Source: Leptogorgia sarmentosa
Lineage: Eukaryota
Direction: 5' to 3'
Length of the DNA stretch: 64,000 nucleotides
Assembly: GCA_964658305.1 (NCBI GenBank)
Contig: OZ210885.1
Location: 8,556,001 to 8,620,000, forward strand
A program made the position numbers and the translations under genes. The notes under the pieces are model-generated. The model saw only the letters and a list, made by a program, of their open reading frames with translations, searched no databases and had not been told where the DNA came from. Below, piece after piece: positions 1 to 14,214 of this stretch. Each line of letters begins with the position of its first letter. The first letter of the stretch is position 1.

Positions 1-1
1 G

Positions 2-142
2 AGGTTAATTGCCATTGTTGAAAAAGGTGAACAGAAAGTAAAGGAGAAAATGAAAGCGAAGCTCCATGAATGCTTTCCATTGTTCCGGTTAGCATCACCG
101 GAATCTATTCTAGAGGATGAGGAGGAAGAAGTAGTGACATGA
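2..142 (+). CDS. C-terminal end of an ORF entering from the left, convergent with the RecQ gene (possibly the Academ transposase)
   Basis: Frame 2 is open to TGA at 140-142 (RLIAIVEKGEQKVKEKMKAKLHECFPLFRLASPESILEDEEEEVVT*), ending 59 bp from the RecQ stop. Identity is inferred from context only. Confidence 0.4.
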   Translation, partial: RLIAIVEKGEQKVKEKMKAKLHECFPLFRLASPESILEDEEEEVVT

Positions 143-201
143 ACAATGCTTTTTTATAACACAACAGTGCAGCTGAAAAACCACAGTTAAATAGTTATGC
201 A

Positions 202-3200
202 TTATAGTCTTAGAAAAATTCTGATTTCTCTATTTCTTAAGGAAATAGCCTTCTGTCCTTGAGTAATGAACGGCGATGTGAATTTGTCATTTGAAGCTCT
301 CATATTCTCAGCAAGAACACCACTGATAATCAAATGCTGTATAAATTTCATTGCATCTCCATCATTCTTGAAAACCTTTTGGCCTATTCCATAATGGGGG
401 ATATTATGGAAACCCTTGCTCTCCACATCCTTCTTAGATTTTGAGCCTCTGAATGTTAGTGCTAACTGTCTGGCACTAATTTTTGCATGAATTTGACACA
501 TTTCAGCAACACATAAGCATACATTAATTGCTTCAGGAGTATAATCCTTAGGAATTGCAGGTGGTTTCAAACAGTTGTCACAATGTCCTTCACAATCAAC
601 TGTTGAAGAGTCGTCAAAATACTCCAAAATGACTTTTCTCCTGCATGTTGAGGACATGCAATATGAGACAACACTATCCAATGACCGTAGCAAGTAGTCT
701 TTGTGCTCCGGTGATTCGGTTGAAGTAATTTGCTGAATTCTTTTGCTTCTGTCTTCAAAGCGAAACATTACAATGCATTCAGAGTTAAGGCCATCTCGTC
801 CGGCCCTTCCTGCTTCTTGGTAGTATTCCTCAATGGTTTCAGGAATTGTGAAATGGATCACATAACGCACATTCTCTTTGTCGATTCCCATTCCGAATGC
901 ACTTGTAGCACATATGATTTGAACATTTCCTGACAGCCATTTTCTTGCATTCTCACTTTTCTCAAAATAATCAAGTTGGCCATGATAGTAAGCTGCTGGC
1001 AAGCCTTTTGTTTTGAAAATGTATGCTAACTCAATTGTATCTCGAGTGGTTGCACAATAGACAATACCACAGCAATCAGGGAAATTAGCACCCACATAAT
1101 CGACTAACTCCTCCTTTGCATGTGGTCCACTTTTTGCTAGGACACGATAAAACAGATTTGGTCGGTTACAGGTTGACTGAATGATAACTGGCTCAACAAG
1201 TAGTAACTTCTCAATGATCCTCTGCTGAGTTGTAGCTGTAGCAGTGCCAGTGAAAGCTGCAATGGGTACATTAAACTTCTTGAGTTCAAACAGAGATGCA
1301 TATGATGGCCTGAAAGTTTGTCCCCAAGTGTCTATGCAATGCGCTTCATCAATAACAAATCGTGATAATGTTTTGTTGACTGCCATTTGCTCAAAACATA
1401 ATGTTACTGACGATGAAAGGGCAGATTCTGGAGTCAGATAGAAGAATTTATAACATGGTGCTTCTTTAGTTAATTCATGCAGAACTGCATCTCTTGCTTC
1501 TGGTGCCATAGACGAATTGATGTAACAGACAGAGATTCCAAGTTTTTTTAGTTTTTCAACTTGGTCATCAAGCAATGCCATCAAAGGTGTGATAACAACA
1601 GTAACACCTGCAGCTACTATACCAGGAATCCAGTAACAAACAGATTTTCCAGTACCAGTTGGCATGATTGCAACAGTATCCTTGTTATGCATCAATGTGT
1701 CTATCACCTTCCGTTGTTCGCCTCGAAACTTTTCATGACCAAAGACCTTCCTCAAAATATCTATCACCACATCTCCTGTATCTTCATCATATCTCATAGC
1801 TGTTGGTGGAAGTGTCATGCTTGTGGGATCAATTGGTGTATGAAATGTGAGATCCTGAAAATTTAAAAATCAAGTAAATAATGACAATAACTGCAAAACT
1901 AATACACAAATATCATATACTACTGGAATCCTAATTAATAATGGGCTGCTTTGATAAAGAACAAAATTCACTTTAGCTATAATTGTTAAGATTCATTAAC
2001 TTGTATGTCTTATATTGCCTGGATAATGCACGTTGATTTTGACCCAAACAAGTTAATTTAAGCTCATTAGGCTGTAGTGGTGACAGCAGACAGATGGCAA
2101 GATTATATAAATAATAATAATTATTTCTTATATAAATAATAGTAATTTGTAATTAACCAATTCCACACTTTAACTTTGTTGGATGAACTTTGCTGTTGCT
2201 ATGTAAATTTATTGATTTTAATAAAATTAGTGGTGAATAAAGCAAGGTTTTTCTGGGGGTTACCAACAAGGGGCCCATTGCATTTCCAGCATTCTGAGAA
2301 AACATTTTAACACAAAAACATGCAGAATATTTAATATTAGCTATTCCACTATCTTTTATTAACTACTGCTACCCAGCTGCCTTTAATTCATCAACATTAT
2401 TAGGATGAATGTCATGCACCCATGTTGACCAATGTGTAGAGGGATGTCCTAAATCCACTGGTATAAATCATGAAACATTTCATCCTGAGTTTTACTAAAT
2501 AAACTAAATATCTAATATTGTTCTAGTTTGCTATGCTCCTAAATTAATATAAACCACAGTTTCGGTTCATAAAAAGAAAATGTGAAATTTGGGCAGTGTA
2601 GAAAGTGCCAGTGGGGGGGATTATATATTCATGTTCTGCACAATTAATTTATTTTGAAATCTATTGTTTTTACAGTTTGTGAACACAAATATATGAATAC
2701 ACTGTATGTCTCCCCACTTATCAAATCTGGTTATGTGAATTTGGGCAATGTTACATATATCTGTGGCTGCCATTTGTTATGTGCAGAATGAAGTGGGAAC
2801 CACCTTTAACATGTAATTCTGCTTATTTCAAAAATCTGGCATTTAAGTAATATGTGACAAAGGGAAAAAGAAAATCCCAAACTTACCCTTTTGATAAAGA
2901 AACATTCAATGTTGAACAATGATGTAGACTGGTTATCTGTATCATTATACCAGCAATGAAATTTTGCCTGCAATCCCACTCCAGCCAGCTCAACAACACA
3001 TGGCTTACTGCCTTGGCTATATGGCTTTAGTAGTCCAGCATGATACAAAATTAAACACATGAACTGCACAGCCTCTTGTTCAGTTTGAACAATGCAATTC
3101 ATATCTCTACCTTGAGATGTTGCCTTCATTTCTTTGTATTTTGCACCCTAAAAGAATTTAAAACCTTTAAATATTTTTCTAATACAAACTCAAAGTTTAT

Positions 3201-3722
3201 CATTAACAAAAAGTTTACTTAAAGTGACACAATATGGTGATCTATGGCCATGGGTCAATATACCGTACGGTATGTAATTCTACATCACATATTCGATGTC
3301 GATATGTTTTGCTTTAATAACCTCACCATGGTATAAATATTATTAGGCATGAAATGATGAATCGTGATTCATGAAATTGAATTTTGTGCCTTATCTATTG
3401 ATAACAATCATAGAAACTCTACCTTATTTCTACGGTACTCGAATAGCTTTTCAAAACACTCCACCGTTTCTTGCGCATGAAGTTCTCTCGTCATTCGTGC
3501 ACACTCTTTCATATAATCCATGGTGAGACGTTCCTTATGTTTGACACGAAAATGATGTTCAATTCCAGTTTCTTCGAAGAATGCCTTCTGGTCAATGCAC
3601 TCGCGTTTAAAACAAACGATCTTCCCAACGGAAGCGTTTTTGTGGATAGGTCTTTCGATCTCACGTAACGCTTCATTGATTTCGTAAACATTTTGAACAT
3701 TTGCATATGTGTGGTCGGCCAT
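202..3722 (-). CDS. RecQ-family SF2 helicase, 3 exons, ~737 aa, probably transposon-encoded
   Basis: Exons 3722-3423, 3147-2887 and 1854-202, joined by GT-AG introns, both phase 0 and in frame. Motifs: MPTGTGKS, DEAH, aromatic loop WGQTFRPSY, FTGTAT, ATSAFGMGIDK, QEAGRAGRDG, and the RQC zinc motif CRR...CDNC. Confidence 0.9.
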
Positions 3723-3826
3723 TTTGAATTCACTTTCTGCCAGGCTCTTCGCACCTTGCGACCTCCCCAAGACCCCTTGCGCGCCCGCCCTTGCGTCCCT
3801 GCGAAGAGCCTGGGTACGAGGCTGTA

Positions 3827-4931
3827 CGAGTGCACTGTGCACTATAGCTAAAACTTCTCATTTATCCGGATTTCATGCTCTATGATATTTTATACACTGC
3901 AATAAAAATCTGTCAGACTTGCCGGATGAGCCATACACCTTTGATAGGTACAAACGATAATACTTTGAATCATATGACTCTAAGTCTCTAACATATACTC
4001 ACATAGTCAGAGAGATAGAAGAGAAAGAAAAACGCAGCATAATAAGGTAGTACTTTCAAACCTACGCAAAGAATAAACTGGCATGAATCAACAGCAGGGC
4101 GCAGTCAAACCCTTAATAGGCCGCGGGATGAGCGTCGAAAATGTGCTTAGAAAACAGATTCCGTTGCACCCCAATATAACTGATTACAGCGTTCCGCGCG
4201 CACAATAAAACACGCGCATAGCTGTCTAAAGGCTTGCGCCCGTTTTAGCTCCTTTATACTTGAATTAATTAATTATTTTCGAACTAATCTTCGAGCAAGT
4301 CTGCTAGGGATTGTCTCCCTTTGGCCTGGCCTTTGTTTCGCTCAACAACAGACAAAATCACGTTGATTTTACAACAATTCAACGAAGGTCACAGGTCACG
4401 ATGACACTAGATACGTTATACCATAGTTAGTAGACGGCTACCAACTGTGGTTATACTTCACTGTATTACAATCGTAAACAGAGGTTCTGCTGCTTGTTCT
4501 GTTGATTACTCTACTAACGTGTCTATCTAAAATATACAGGCTATATTTATAGTAAGATAACAGAAACGTATATTGCGGATATAATTACCAAGTTCTTTTG
4601 CGGCAAAACATGCGAAGTCATCATGGATATTGTTGCGATTTAACTAAGGGTTCGACTGCGCCCTGCTGTTGATTCATGCCAGTTTATTCTTTGCGTAGGT
4701 TTACTACCTTATTACGCTGCGTTTTCCTTTCTCTTCTATCTCTCTGACTATGTGAGTATATGTTAGAGACTTGAGTCATATATGATTCATAGTATTATCG
4801 TTTGTACCTATCAAAGTCTATTAAAGGTGTATGGCTCATCCGGCAAGTCTGACAGATTTTTATTGCAGTGTATAAAATATCATAGAGCACGAAAACCGGA
4901 TAAATTAGAAGTTTTAGCTATAGTGCACTCG
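3827..4931. mobile_element. Non-autonomous Tc1/mariner-type element with ~290-bp TIRs
   Basis: 3827-~4115 is the near-perfect reverse complement of ~4645-4931. Termini CGAGTGCACT...AGTGCACTCG are flanked by TA on both sides. Confidence 0.8.
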
Positions 4932-5126
4932 TACATAAATGAAAGAAAATTACTCCTAAGTGCTTGTCTTGGTTTCGTTGCGAACGTTGCGAAAATGTTT
5001 CAATTTTTTATCTATCTGTATCTGCATGGTAGATTGCATAACAAGTTTAGTCAAAAGTGCATTTTACATTATTTTTACATGAGAGACTGTGTTACAGTAA
5101 ACATGCTCATTTTGCCGTAAAACCTC

Positions 5127-5469
5127 GTTCCGGGTTTTACAGATTCCGGCTTTTCATGTTCCGGGTTTTACAGATTCCGGCTTTTCATGTTCCGGGTTTT
5201 ACAGATTCCGGCTTTTCATGTTCCGGGTTTTACAGATTCCGGCTTTTCATGCTCCGGGTTTTAGAGATTCCGGCTTTTTATGTTCCGGGTTTTACAGATT
5301 CCGGCTTTTCATGTTCCGGGTTTTACAGATTCTGGCTTTTCATGTTCCGGGTGTTACAGATTCCGGCTTTTAATGTTCCGGGTTTTACAGATTCCGGCTT
5401 TTCTCGTTACGGGTTTTCCCGTTCCTCGTTCCGTTCCCCGATACCCCGTTCCGGGTTTTACAGATAGCC
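5127..5469 (+). repeat. Minisatellite, 31-bp unit GTTCCGGGTTTTACAGATTCCGGCTTTTCAT, ~9 copies
   Basis: Head-to-tail copies with few substitutions and no spacers. Confidence 0.95.
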
Positions 5470-5534
5470 CTTTATTTCCGCTTTCGTTTTGAAACTAAAA
5501 GAAGATTATCTATTTGGAATCCGAAGTCTTAAAC

Positions 5535-8331
5535 ACTTTTATGTTTAGTACTTTGAACGTAAAGACCGTACGATATAGCACAAGAAAAGGTTTATTCAAA
5601 ATGTTGCGATAGACGTACTCAAATAAAGGTAAGAAACATAATATTTCTAGTGTCAATTAGCCAACGCGATTATTGTGGAATGCAGACTGTGTACACTCGC
5701 AAATGGCTTTGGAATGTGGCGCAAAATGATCTTAAAATATGCTATACAATACGAGAAATATGAAATATCCTAAGATGGATAAATGTATGGATTCGAATTG
5801 AATATTTTCCCGTTTTAGCGTGTTGTATAATGCTACCTACACATGTTATTGTTATAGCTTGCATACCATAAGACAAGGCAAAAGCACAAACAAGGTCTAC
5901 TCATATTTATTGAAATATGCAATACGAGACATGACTCAGAATGATTTGGAACTATTTGCAACAATATTGTGGGTTTTAAAACTGAAAAGGTTAACCTAAC
6001 ATAATTTTTACATATCGCTCCTATATAATGCACTTATATAATGACTGATTATTAGTGTGAAATTTCATAATATGCGCTGAAATATTCTCACTGTTATGAT
6101 GTGAGATATCTGCGGATTCACCTACAAGTATCAGTTGCCTTTGTTCGTGTAAATCACCGAAAGGTCTTGATCCTGATTTATAGATTCATAGATTTCCTAT
6201 ACACAGAGTTATAGTTAATATACATACAGATAATGTTTCTGCTAGACCAGGTCACTGAACTTGAGTAGCATACTACACTAGTATATTTTTTGGCTTCGAA
6301 GTTACTATCTCAAGAATTAACGAAGTGGGGTGTGTACTAAGAAATGACCGAGAAATGACAGTAAATTTTATAAATTAATATATGCACAACGCAGGCGTAA
6401 ATCAGGCTTTGAAAAGCTGCGATACAAAAACGCGGAACTTTATGGACTTTTGGAGGTCGAGGTAGGCTTAGGAAATGATCCAGACTAGAAGATTTAGCAG
6501 TTCTACTTATAAATGAATAACGTGATTGATAGAGACGACATTGAATGAGTGGCATTTTCCATCCCTAAGTGCAGCTATTGGAGTGAGCATTCATGTTGCC
6601 TTAAAGACGTTTTATGCGCTTCATGCAATTGAAAACATTTCGGTTGCTAGCTCGCTGTGTCAGTCTAGCACATTATAAACACAATTCGTATCAAATATCA
6701 TTATTTCATTTCATATGTGTCGCGGCTTCAAAGAAATGTTCCCAATGCGAATTTTCCATAACAACTACGGCCTCATTCTTTTGGACACCACTACATTTAT
6801 TACAATCACCAAAACATTTATTACATCGCTTTTCTGTTTTGCTTTATCTCACACCACTGAAAAGATCGTAGCTACAATAATATCAAACATACTTGACCTT
6901 CAAATTTAGCCATTGAGATTAGCTATTGTGCGCAAAGACGCGTTGAGACAGATATTTGCGTTTGCCAGATGTAATGTTTTAGCTTGCCAATCAAGTGATA
7001 CTGCATGTAGTGAGGATTTAACTTGAAAAATACGTTGATCAAGATCTGCGTATGAAATTTGTTTCACATTAAGTTAGGATGAGTAATCAAGAAAGTGGTT
7101 TCCATTTGGCAAATAAAATTGTATGGCATCAGAAAATGTGAATAATTAATTAATAGGACCTACAGTATCAAGATGGATTGCAATTTAGTGTGTTTACTCA
7201 TGGGTTCACCACGCGTTCTTCTTCTCAATTAAATTCATAGAAGATCATTATTATGGAACAAAAATCTTTTCGCTTTTATGTTTCGTACTTTTACACGGTA
7301 AAGACTGTACGTTATGACATAAAACGATATTTGCTTTATAAAAATATTTCGATCGAAATGTAACATATTTAGCTTGACTCGGCAAATGCGATTACTGCGG
7401 AATGCAGACTGCGTGTACTCGCGGATATTTTCCTATGCCTTTGCAATGTAGAGTAGAATACAAAGTCTTTAAAAATATCATACGAGAAATTCGAACTATT
7501 TTCTACAAGCGTAGCAGAGCCCATGGCCTAGGGTGGGCTGTAGCTTCCTCAATTTTTTGCTGGGTCATAATACGCTAGCAAGAATATAGGAAGACTGTAT
7601 AATCCACGCTTAGAAATCGAAGGGATTACCGATCAAGAATGGCACGTAAAATTGTTTATGCTGAGCAGGTTTCGCGTTATATTTTGCACGATACTATCTA
7701 TACTGATCCGCAGTGAATGTGCAGAAATTAAAAATCATATTCTGGTATATCAGATGAAGTTTAAGTTGCGCGCTGTAGTTAGGAGACATGACTCAGAATG
7801 ATTTGTAAGTATTTGCAGCAATATATAGTAGGTCTAGTAGGTTTTAAACTGAAAAGGTTAAGCTAACATAATTTTTACATATCGCTCCTATATATAATGC
7901 ACTGATATAACGACTGATTATTAGTGTAAAATTTCATAATATGCGCTGAAATATTCTCACTGTTATGATGTGAGATATCTGCAGATTCACCTACAAGTAT
8001 CAGTTGCCTTTGTTCGTGTAAATCCGGCACCGCAAGATCTTGATCCTGATTTATAGATTCATAGATTTACTATACACAGGGTTATAGTAAATGTACATAA
8101 TGATAATGTTTCTGCCAGACCAGGTCACTGAACTTGAGCAGCATGCTATATTTTTACGGTTTCGAAGTTACCATCTCAAGAAGGAACGAAGTGGGCTGTG
8201 TGCTAAGACACCCGCGAGTGTATCAAATTTTAGAAAATCAGATTTTATTTTATAGTGACGTTGGTTCGAATGATGAATTGAAATTACTGAGAAATTATAC
8301 TTTAAATTTGATAAATTAATATATGCACAAC
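5535..8331 (+). repeat. Local direct duplication (~5535-6390 versus ~7275-8331)
   Basis: 5926-6390 matches 7783-8331 closely, with indels. 5535-5700 matches ~7275-7420 more loosely. Confidence 0.8.
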
Positions 8332-8645
8332 TGTATATTGTGTTTCTGACTCGTTCCTGGACAGTAGGCAGCAGTGCTGTTCTAGATATAGTTTACCGGT
8401 ACAGTATATTAATATTGTTTTCAATTATGAACAATAATATGGCCATGGCATGGGCTTGTAAACAAAGTTTAATCCTGCTGTACTGAAAGAATTTTTTTGG
8501 AATGGTCCAATGTTTATCCACTTGTGAATATAAGAATGTAAGCAAAATGACAATCCTTAAAAGGCATAAGTTTACAAGTGGTCAAAATTTATCACTAGTC
8601 TACGGTATTGATTTTGTGTCTGCTAATCTCTATCAAGTCAAGTGT

Positions 8646-8877
8646 TGTTGTGAACTCTTCGCAACAAAGACACACGGACGTGTTTTAAGCTTTTTTAATT
8701 TTGTACTAATATCAAACGAATAGATAAATTAAGTTGTCAAAATAGTGTTTTTTTTATGGTTTTTGTCCTTCGAAGTTTCTTGATCTTTTCCTTACAAACA
8801 ACAACAACACGTGACAAAAATTATTAGCATAAATTAACTTATATAATGTTCCTTAAAAATGTCAAAGTGTCAAAACA
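8646..8877 (-). repeat. BEL 3' LTR (232 bp)
   Basis: Direct repeat of 14215-14427; differs by 2 substitutions, a 1-bp indel and an 18-bp indel. Confidence 0.95.
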
Positions 8878-8944
8878 CTCCTCCCCAGTGCGGAGAACGT
8901 CAACGTTTGAGCAACGATACTTAGTCTCTGTTTCTGTTTAACCG

Positions 8945-11900
8945 TTACATTGTTCCTTTCTGTTCGAGTTCGTGTTGTGTTGCAATTAGGCATAGCTTTG
9001 CTATTGGTCTTTCGTAAACTCCCTTCGACGTTCTTATCTTTACTTTACGAACAAGATTTTCATCACCGGGAAGTTCTACCACAGCCATTTGCCACTCGCC
9101 CCTCTTGCGTTTTCCGTCGATTTCTAATACAAGATCTCCAACTCCAACATTCTCTTTCTTCTCGTGCCACTTTGCTCCCACTAACAAATTTGGAGCGAAA
9201 TATTTCATCCAACATTTCCAGAACTCACAAACTCTTCTTTGGACACTTTTACTGAGATCTCTCGGGTTAACTATCTCCTCTTCCTCAGGTTGTGGTACAC
9301 CAAAATTTGGTCCCATGATCAGGTCATTTGGAGTAATCGGAGGGTCTTCCCAAATGTTGTCGGATGCAGGGTACAAAGGTCTAGCTGGAGTTGACCAAGA
9401 ACGTTACTTCAGCTAGGAAGGTTCTCCATTGTTCTTCTGTGTAGGCTGCCATTTTGCACGAGCTTTCCAATGCTCTTCGAACTGACTTTATCAGGGATTC
9501 CAGGACTCCATTCATGTGACTAGCTTTAGGTACATTCCAACACCATTCGAACGAAGTGCAAAACTCTACAGAGTTGGATTGGATCTTTGGTATGTCCCAG
9601 TTCTGCACCATCTCCTGCAGGTAGCGTTGAGAACCAACGAAATTAGTCCCTCAGTCGGACCAAACTAATTTTGGATGTCCTCTTAGACATACGAATCTTC
9701 TGAAAGCCATTAAAAACGTATCTGTAGACTTGTCCATACATAGCTCAAGGTGGACTGCTCTACTTGTCATGCACGTGAATATGCAACACCAAGCCTGTTT
9801 GATAGTTTTCCTTCCAACTTTGATCTCAAATGGGCCAAAAAGGTCTAACGCTGTGTTGGCAAAGGCAGGATGATAGACATGTGTTCGGTAGCTTGGTAGC
9901 TGTCCCATGCCTTGTTCACATGCTCTTTTTCGCATTCGTTTGCAAGGGATGCAACCTTTGACATGATTTCTGGCTGCACCTCTTAGGCCAATCACCCAAT
10001 ACCTCTGTCTGATTTCCATCATCAATCGTTTGTAGCCACAATGCACCAACTTTTGGTGGTAGTGCTGTAGCAACAATTTAACTAAGGATTGGTTATTCGA
10101 TATTATGACTGAGTTTCGGAGCTCTCGGGGGTAGGTCACGAGCCTTTTCTAATCTTCCTTTAGCTTTCCCAATTCCATCTTCGTCCACAAATGGGATTAG
10201 ATTTTCCATTCTCTTCCCAGTCACGTCCATGCCTGCTTGTGTCATCTTGATCAGTCGTTTTTCAGCGTCTTTTAGTTCAGGAACAGAGATCGGTCCTCTG
10301 ATATTTTTCTTCTGGATAATGTTCTTAATCGCTCTTACTAGCAAGGCGGTCACTCTTCTTGCTTTGCGAAAGGTCGATGACCCGGCCAGAATTCTGTTAA
10401 GAACTTCTTGAGTGTCCCCATTGTTACCAACAGCTTGTCCGTTGTTTACCCCCCCCTCCCCTCCCCCCCCCCCCCCCCCAGCGTCAATTACTGAAATGTT
10501 ACTCTGAGTAAGCTGTAAATCTCTCTTGATTTTTGATTTGTTCTTTTTCTCCGGGTCGGGATGTGACTAGGACGTGACAGTAGATCGTTTGAAGTCAGGC
10601 CATTCGCTTTCTGGCTTTTGGAGGAATTGAGGACCATAGTGCCATAACTGGAGCTCAGGTGTTATCCCTCTAGTGAGTGCATTTGCTGGGTTGGCTTCGG
10701 AGGTGACATAATTCCAAGCAGCATTTGGTTGGCTCTCTTGTATCTCTGCGACTCGGACACTCACAAATGGTTTAAATTCCGTTGCAGAGGTCTTTATCCA
10801 AGACAAGGCTGTCGTTGAATCACACCAGAATTTCTCATCCAGATTTATCTTTAAGGCTCGTTCGATTTCAGCTGCCAGTCTACTCAGCACCAAGCAACCC
10901 ATCAGTTCTAGTCTTGGTATTGTCTTCTTCTTCAGTGGCACAACCAAGGCCTTTGCTGCAACGAATCTGGAGGTAAACTTGCCATTTGCCAGTTCCCATC
11001 GAAGGAAGAGAGCGCCGCCATATCCTAATTCTCCCGCATCCGAGAACCCATGGAATTGTGGATTTCCAACGGCTGTTTCTGGCTTTAGGCACCTTTCCAG
11101 ATGAGTACCTAGAAGAGCGTTCATGATCTCGAGATTCTTTACCCATTTGGACTTTTCTTCTGGTGGTAGTAACTCATCCCACTGGAAGCCAGCCGCCCAT
11201 AGACTCTGGAGATCGATTCTGAACTGAATTGAAACTGGTGCCATCAGTACTGGTGGGTCCCACAGCTGGGATACCAAACCAAGAGCGTTTCGTACAATAA
11301 CTGAGATCTGCATTCACTGTCTCTCTCTTTAAAGCGATACTATCAGCTTTCTTATCCCATTGATGACCCAATAGACTCCCTGGATTCTCGTTGGGATCTT
11401 GATCAATCTCTGGGCTGTTACTGTGCCATGCTTTAATGGTAAACTTTCCTTTAGACAGAATTGCATCGATACCAGCGGTCATTTCTTTAACTTTCTCCGG
11501 TGATGCATCAGACCCAGCGATGTCGTCCACATAAGTATGATCTTTCAGAATCCTTGTTGCTTTTGGAAACTCGACTTGGGCTCTATCAGCGAGAAGATTA
11601 ATGGCATTGATGGCAAGGTCTGGAGAAGGTTTATCCCCAAAACTGAGACGTACCCACTGATACACATCAGGCTCTTTGTTAGTTTCTCCGTCTCTCCATA
11701 GGAATCGATGGTATTTCTGGTCGTCTGGATGGACAGCGATCTGATTAAACATCTTCGAAATGTCTCCGGCAAAGGCAGTTTCACTCTGTCTCCAACCAAC
11801 CAACACATCAAAGAGGGAATTCATAAGGCATGGACCTTTTTCAAGAGCATCATTGAGCGAAAGTCCATCCATTTTGGCTGCTGCATCATAGACCAATCTG

Positions 11901-14076
11901 CATTTGGTAGTCTTGTCAGGGCTTTCGACTTCTCCAATCGGTAGATACCACGCGGGCTGGTCCGGGTTTACTTCATCAGGTTTCAGCTTGATGACCACTT
12001 CTCTGTCAACCAAGGCTTTCACTTCATAGTTAAATGATTCGATTTTTCCTTTTTTTGCCAGCTGCTTTTCTTTTGACACCATTCGTTTGAACGCCACAGA
12101 CCAGTTGTTTGGTAAATTGGGATGCCCGGGTTTCCACGGCATTTTAACTTCAATTCTTCCATCGTCCAAGACTTTAGTAGACTCACGAATATGTCGAATG
12201 AATGCGCACTCTTGCATTTCCTTCTCAGAACATGTACAGTAATCGAGTCGGTTTGATTCCGATTTGATCTTGAAAAACCAATTTCTTAATGTCCTGGATT
12301 TTTGCTGCTTCATCTATAGTTTCTAGGGCGAAAATTCCAGGGGCACCTTTCTCTTCAAGATGACCAAGGACTGACCAACCAAAGATGTTCTTCCTCGCAA
12401 TCGGCTCACCAGGATTTCCCGTCAGAACGTTAAAGTCACGATGGTCTTCAGGTAGATCTGTTCCCAATAGAATGTCTACTGGACCCCCACTTAAATGTAG
12501 CTCTTCTACGATGCAAACTAAATGTGGAAACTGGGTTACCGCTTTCTTCGAAACAGTTTTGGCTGCTTGGCAAGGTTTCTTCACGGAATAGGCTTTTACA
12601 TCAAACACAATATCCTCATCATAGCAGGGGGAGATCTTTAAATCAAGTTCCGGCGAATCTTCAACCCTTATTCCACCACCTGCAACATACATTTTCATCT
12701 TTTTCGTTTGTCCGATCAAACTGAGTTTGTCCGCAAACTCCTTTCGAATCAGACTCTGATTGGAACCGCTATCCACCATTGCAAGTCCTTCAATAGCGTA
12801 TCCATTAGCGCCATGCACTTTAACCTTTTGGTTACATATGCAATTCCTGCACTATTGGTTGAAATAGAACTAACCTGGTTGGTTTCTAATCCGGGTGGTT
12901 TGACTGGTGTTCCATCGGGGTTCAGGTTACCTTTGTCTTCTTGTTTTGAATCTTTATGTAATAGGTAATGGTGTGGTTTTCCACAGCTATTGATATCGCA
13001 TGCTTTTCGTGAACATTGTTGGTGTCTGTGTCCAGTTTTCAAACATTTTTTGCATCTTTTCGATTGAATCACTACTTCCCATTTTTCTTTCACTTTCATT
13101 TTCTTAAAGGCTGGACAGTAACCTAATCCATGTAGTTGGGAGCAACCAAGACCACACCCAGGGGTATCATTGTAGCCACCGTCTATATCAAGGGGGTTAA
13201 AATTACCTTTAAGGGACCGTTGTTCAGGTTGTCTGCATGCCATTAATTTCGACTCTTCCTCTAAATATTCCAACAGGGTTTGCAGATTTTCGCCCTTCTT
13301 CGTATCAAGCATACTTCGTCCATATGCCCTTTGATCTTCTGCTGTTAACTTTGCCAGAATATCTGCAAACACATATCTACTTTTTGCTTCATCAGATGCT
13401 CCGACATCCTCCATTGTGAGGATAAATCCACTTTGTATCTTTGACCTTCAAGGGTTTCATTCATCAAAATTCTAATTAATTCCTTGTCATCTCCAAATGA
13501 TTTGTCGAGAAATGCCCAGATCGCTTTGGTTGTAGTAAAGCATTCAACTTCATATCTCAGGGGGGGGGGGAGGGGTTGGACCGCTTCGATCAATCTTGCA
13601 AGTTGACTTCCCTCATCTTGGCCATTTTTTTTCATGGTGTCTTCGAATATTCTTTTCCATGTTCGATAATTCTTAATGTTGCCTGAAAATTGTGGTACTT
13701 TGATTCTCTCCAGATTGGACTTCGGTTTCATTCCCAATTCAGTCGGTGTTTCCATTGATATTTTATCCATTTCACATTTCTTTCGATAGTGCTCTAATTT
13801 AGCGAGCAAATGACCATATTTTGCTATGATTTCCGTAATAAAACTATCGTGGTTGGTAAAGTTAGTTGATTCAATCTCAGCTTCGACCATTAATTCGGTA
13901 ATTTCATCATGTACTTCCCTAATCGTGATATATTTCCCCTTGACTTCGACAAAAGCCTCTTCAAGGCGATATATTTCCGGGCGAGCTTCTAGCACAATTT
14001 CGAAACTTTTTGCTTCGTCGTCGAACTTTCTCTTCGCTGCACTTCTTTTCCGTATCGCCTCTTCAATTTTAACCAT
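8945..14076 (-). pseudogene. BEL/Pao gag-pol polyprotein, broken by several frameshifts and stops
   Basis: Gag with three Cys/His knuckles (CKKCLKTGHRHQQC, CDINSCGKPHHYLLH), protease MVDSGS, RT YVDD, RNase H HGFSDA and TIPRLEL, integrase ALDLFGP...WSD, and a BEL-type C-terminal RPIAKLC. Split across ~8 ORFs. Confidence 0.92.
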
Positions 14077-14214
14077 CGTTGATGTGATTTTCTAACCTCG
14101 ATGTCTTTGTATTTTAGCGTGTCACTATTCGAACGTGTTTGGAATGTATTATTGATCTGGCATATGTCGCCCAAAATAACTTCCTGTTTCGCTCTAAAAT
14201 CAAACTATTTTGAC

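Larger units (their letters stand above)
1..3824. mobile_element. Right part of a probable AcademH-like (helicase-encoding Academ) DNA transposon
   Basis: RecQ gene, convergent ORF, and a GC-rich terminus ...GAAGAGCCTGGGTACGAGGCTG ending at 3824 with a 14-bp subterminal inverted repeat (3740-3753/3800-3813). The other end lies outside the window. Confidence 0.6.

Noticed and set aside
202..1818. Intronless bacterial recQ (contamination or recent HGT)
   Set aside because: The ORF is the last exon of a 3-exon gene with in-phase GT-AG introns.
5127..5469. 31-bp repeats as a CRISPR array, and the ORFs 5057-5467 and 5280-5492
   Set aside because: The units are contiguous with no unique spacers, there are no cas genes and the context is eukaryotic. 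The ORFs are translations of the minisatellite.
10448..10479. Poly-C tract in the BEL pol (and the poly-G tract at ~13560) as programmed frameshift or G-quadruplex signals
   Set aside because: More simply homopolymer expansion or sequencing error in a decayed element with many other lesions.
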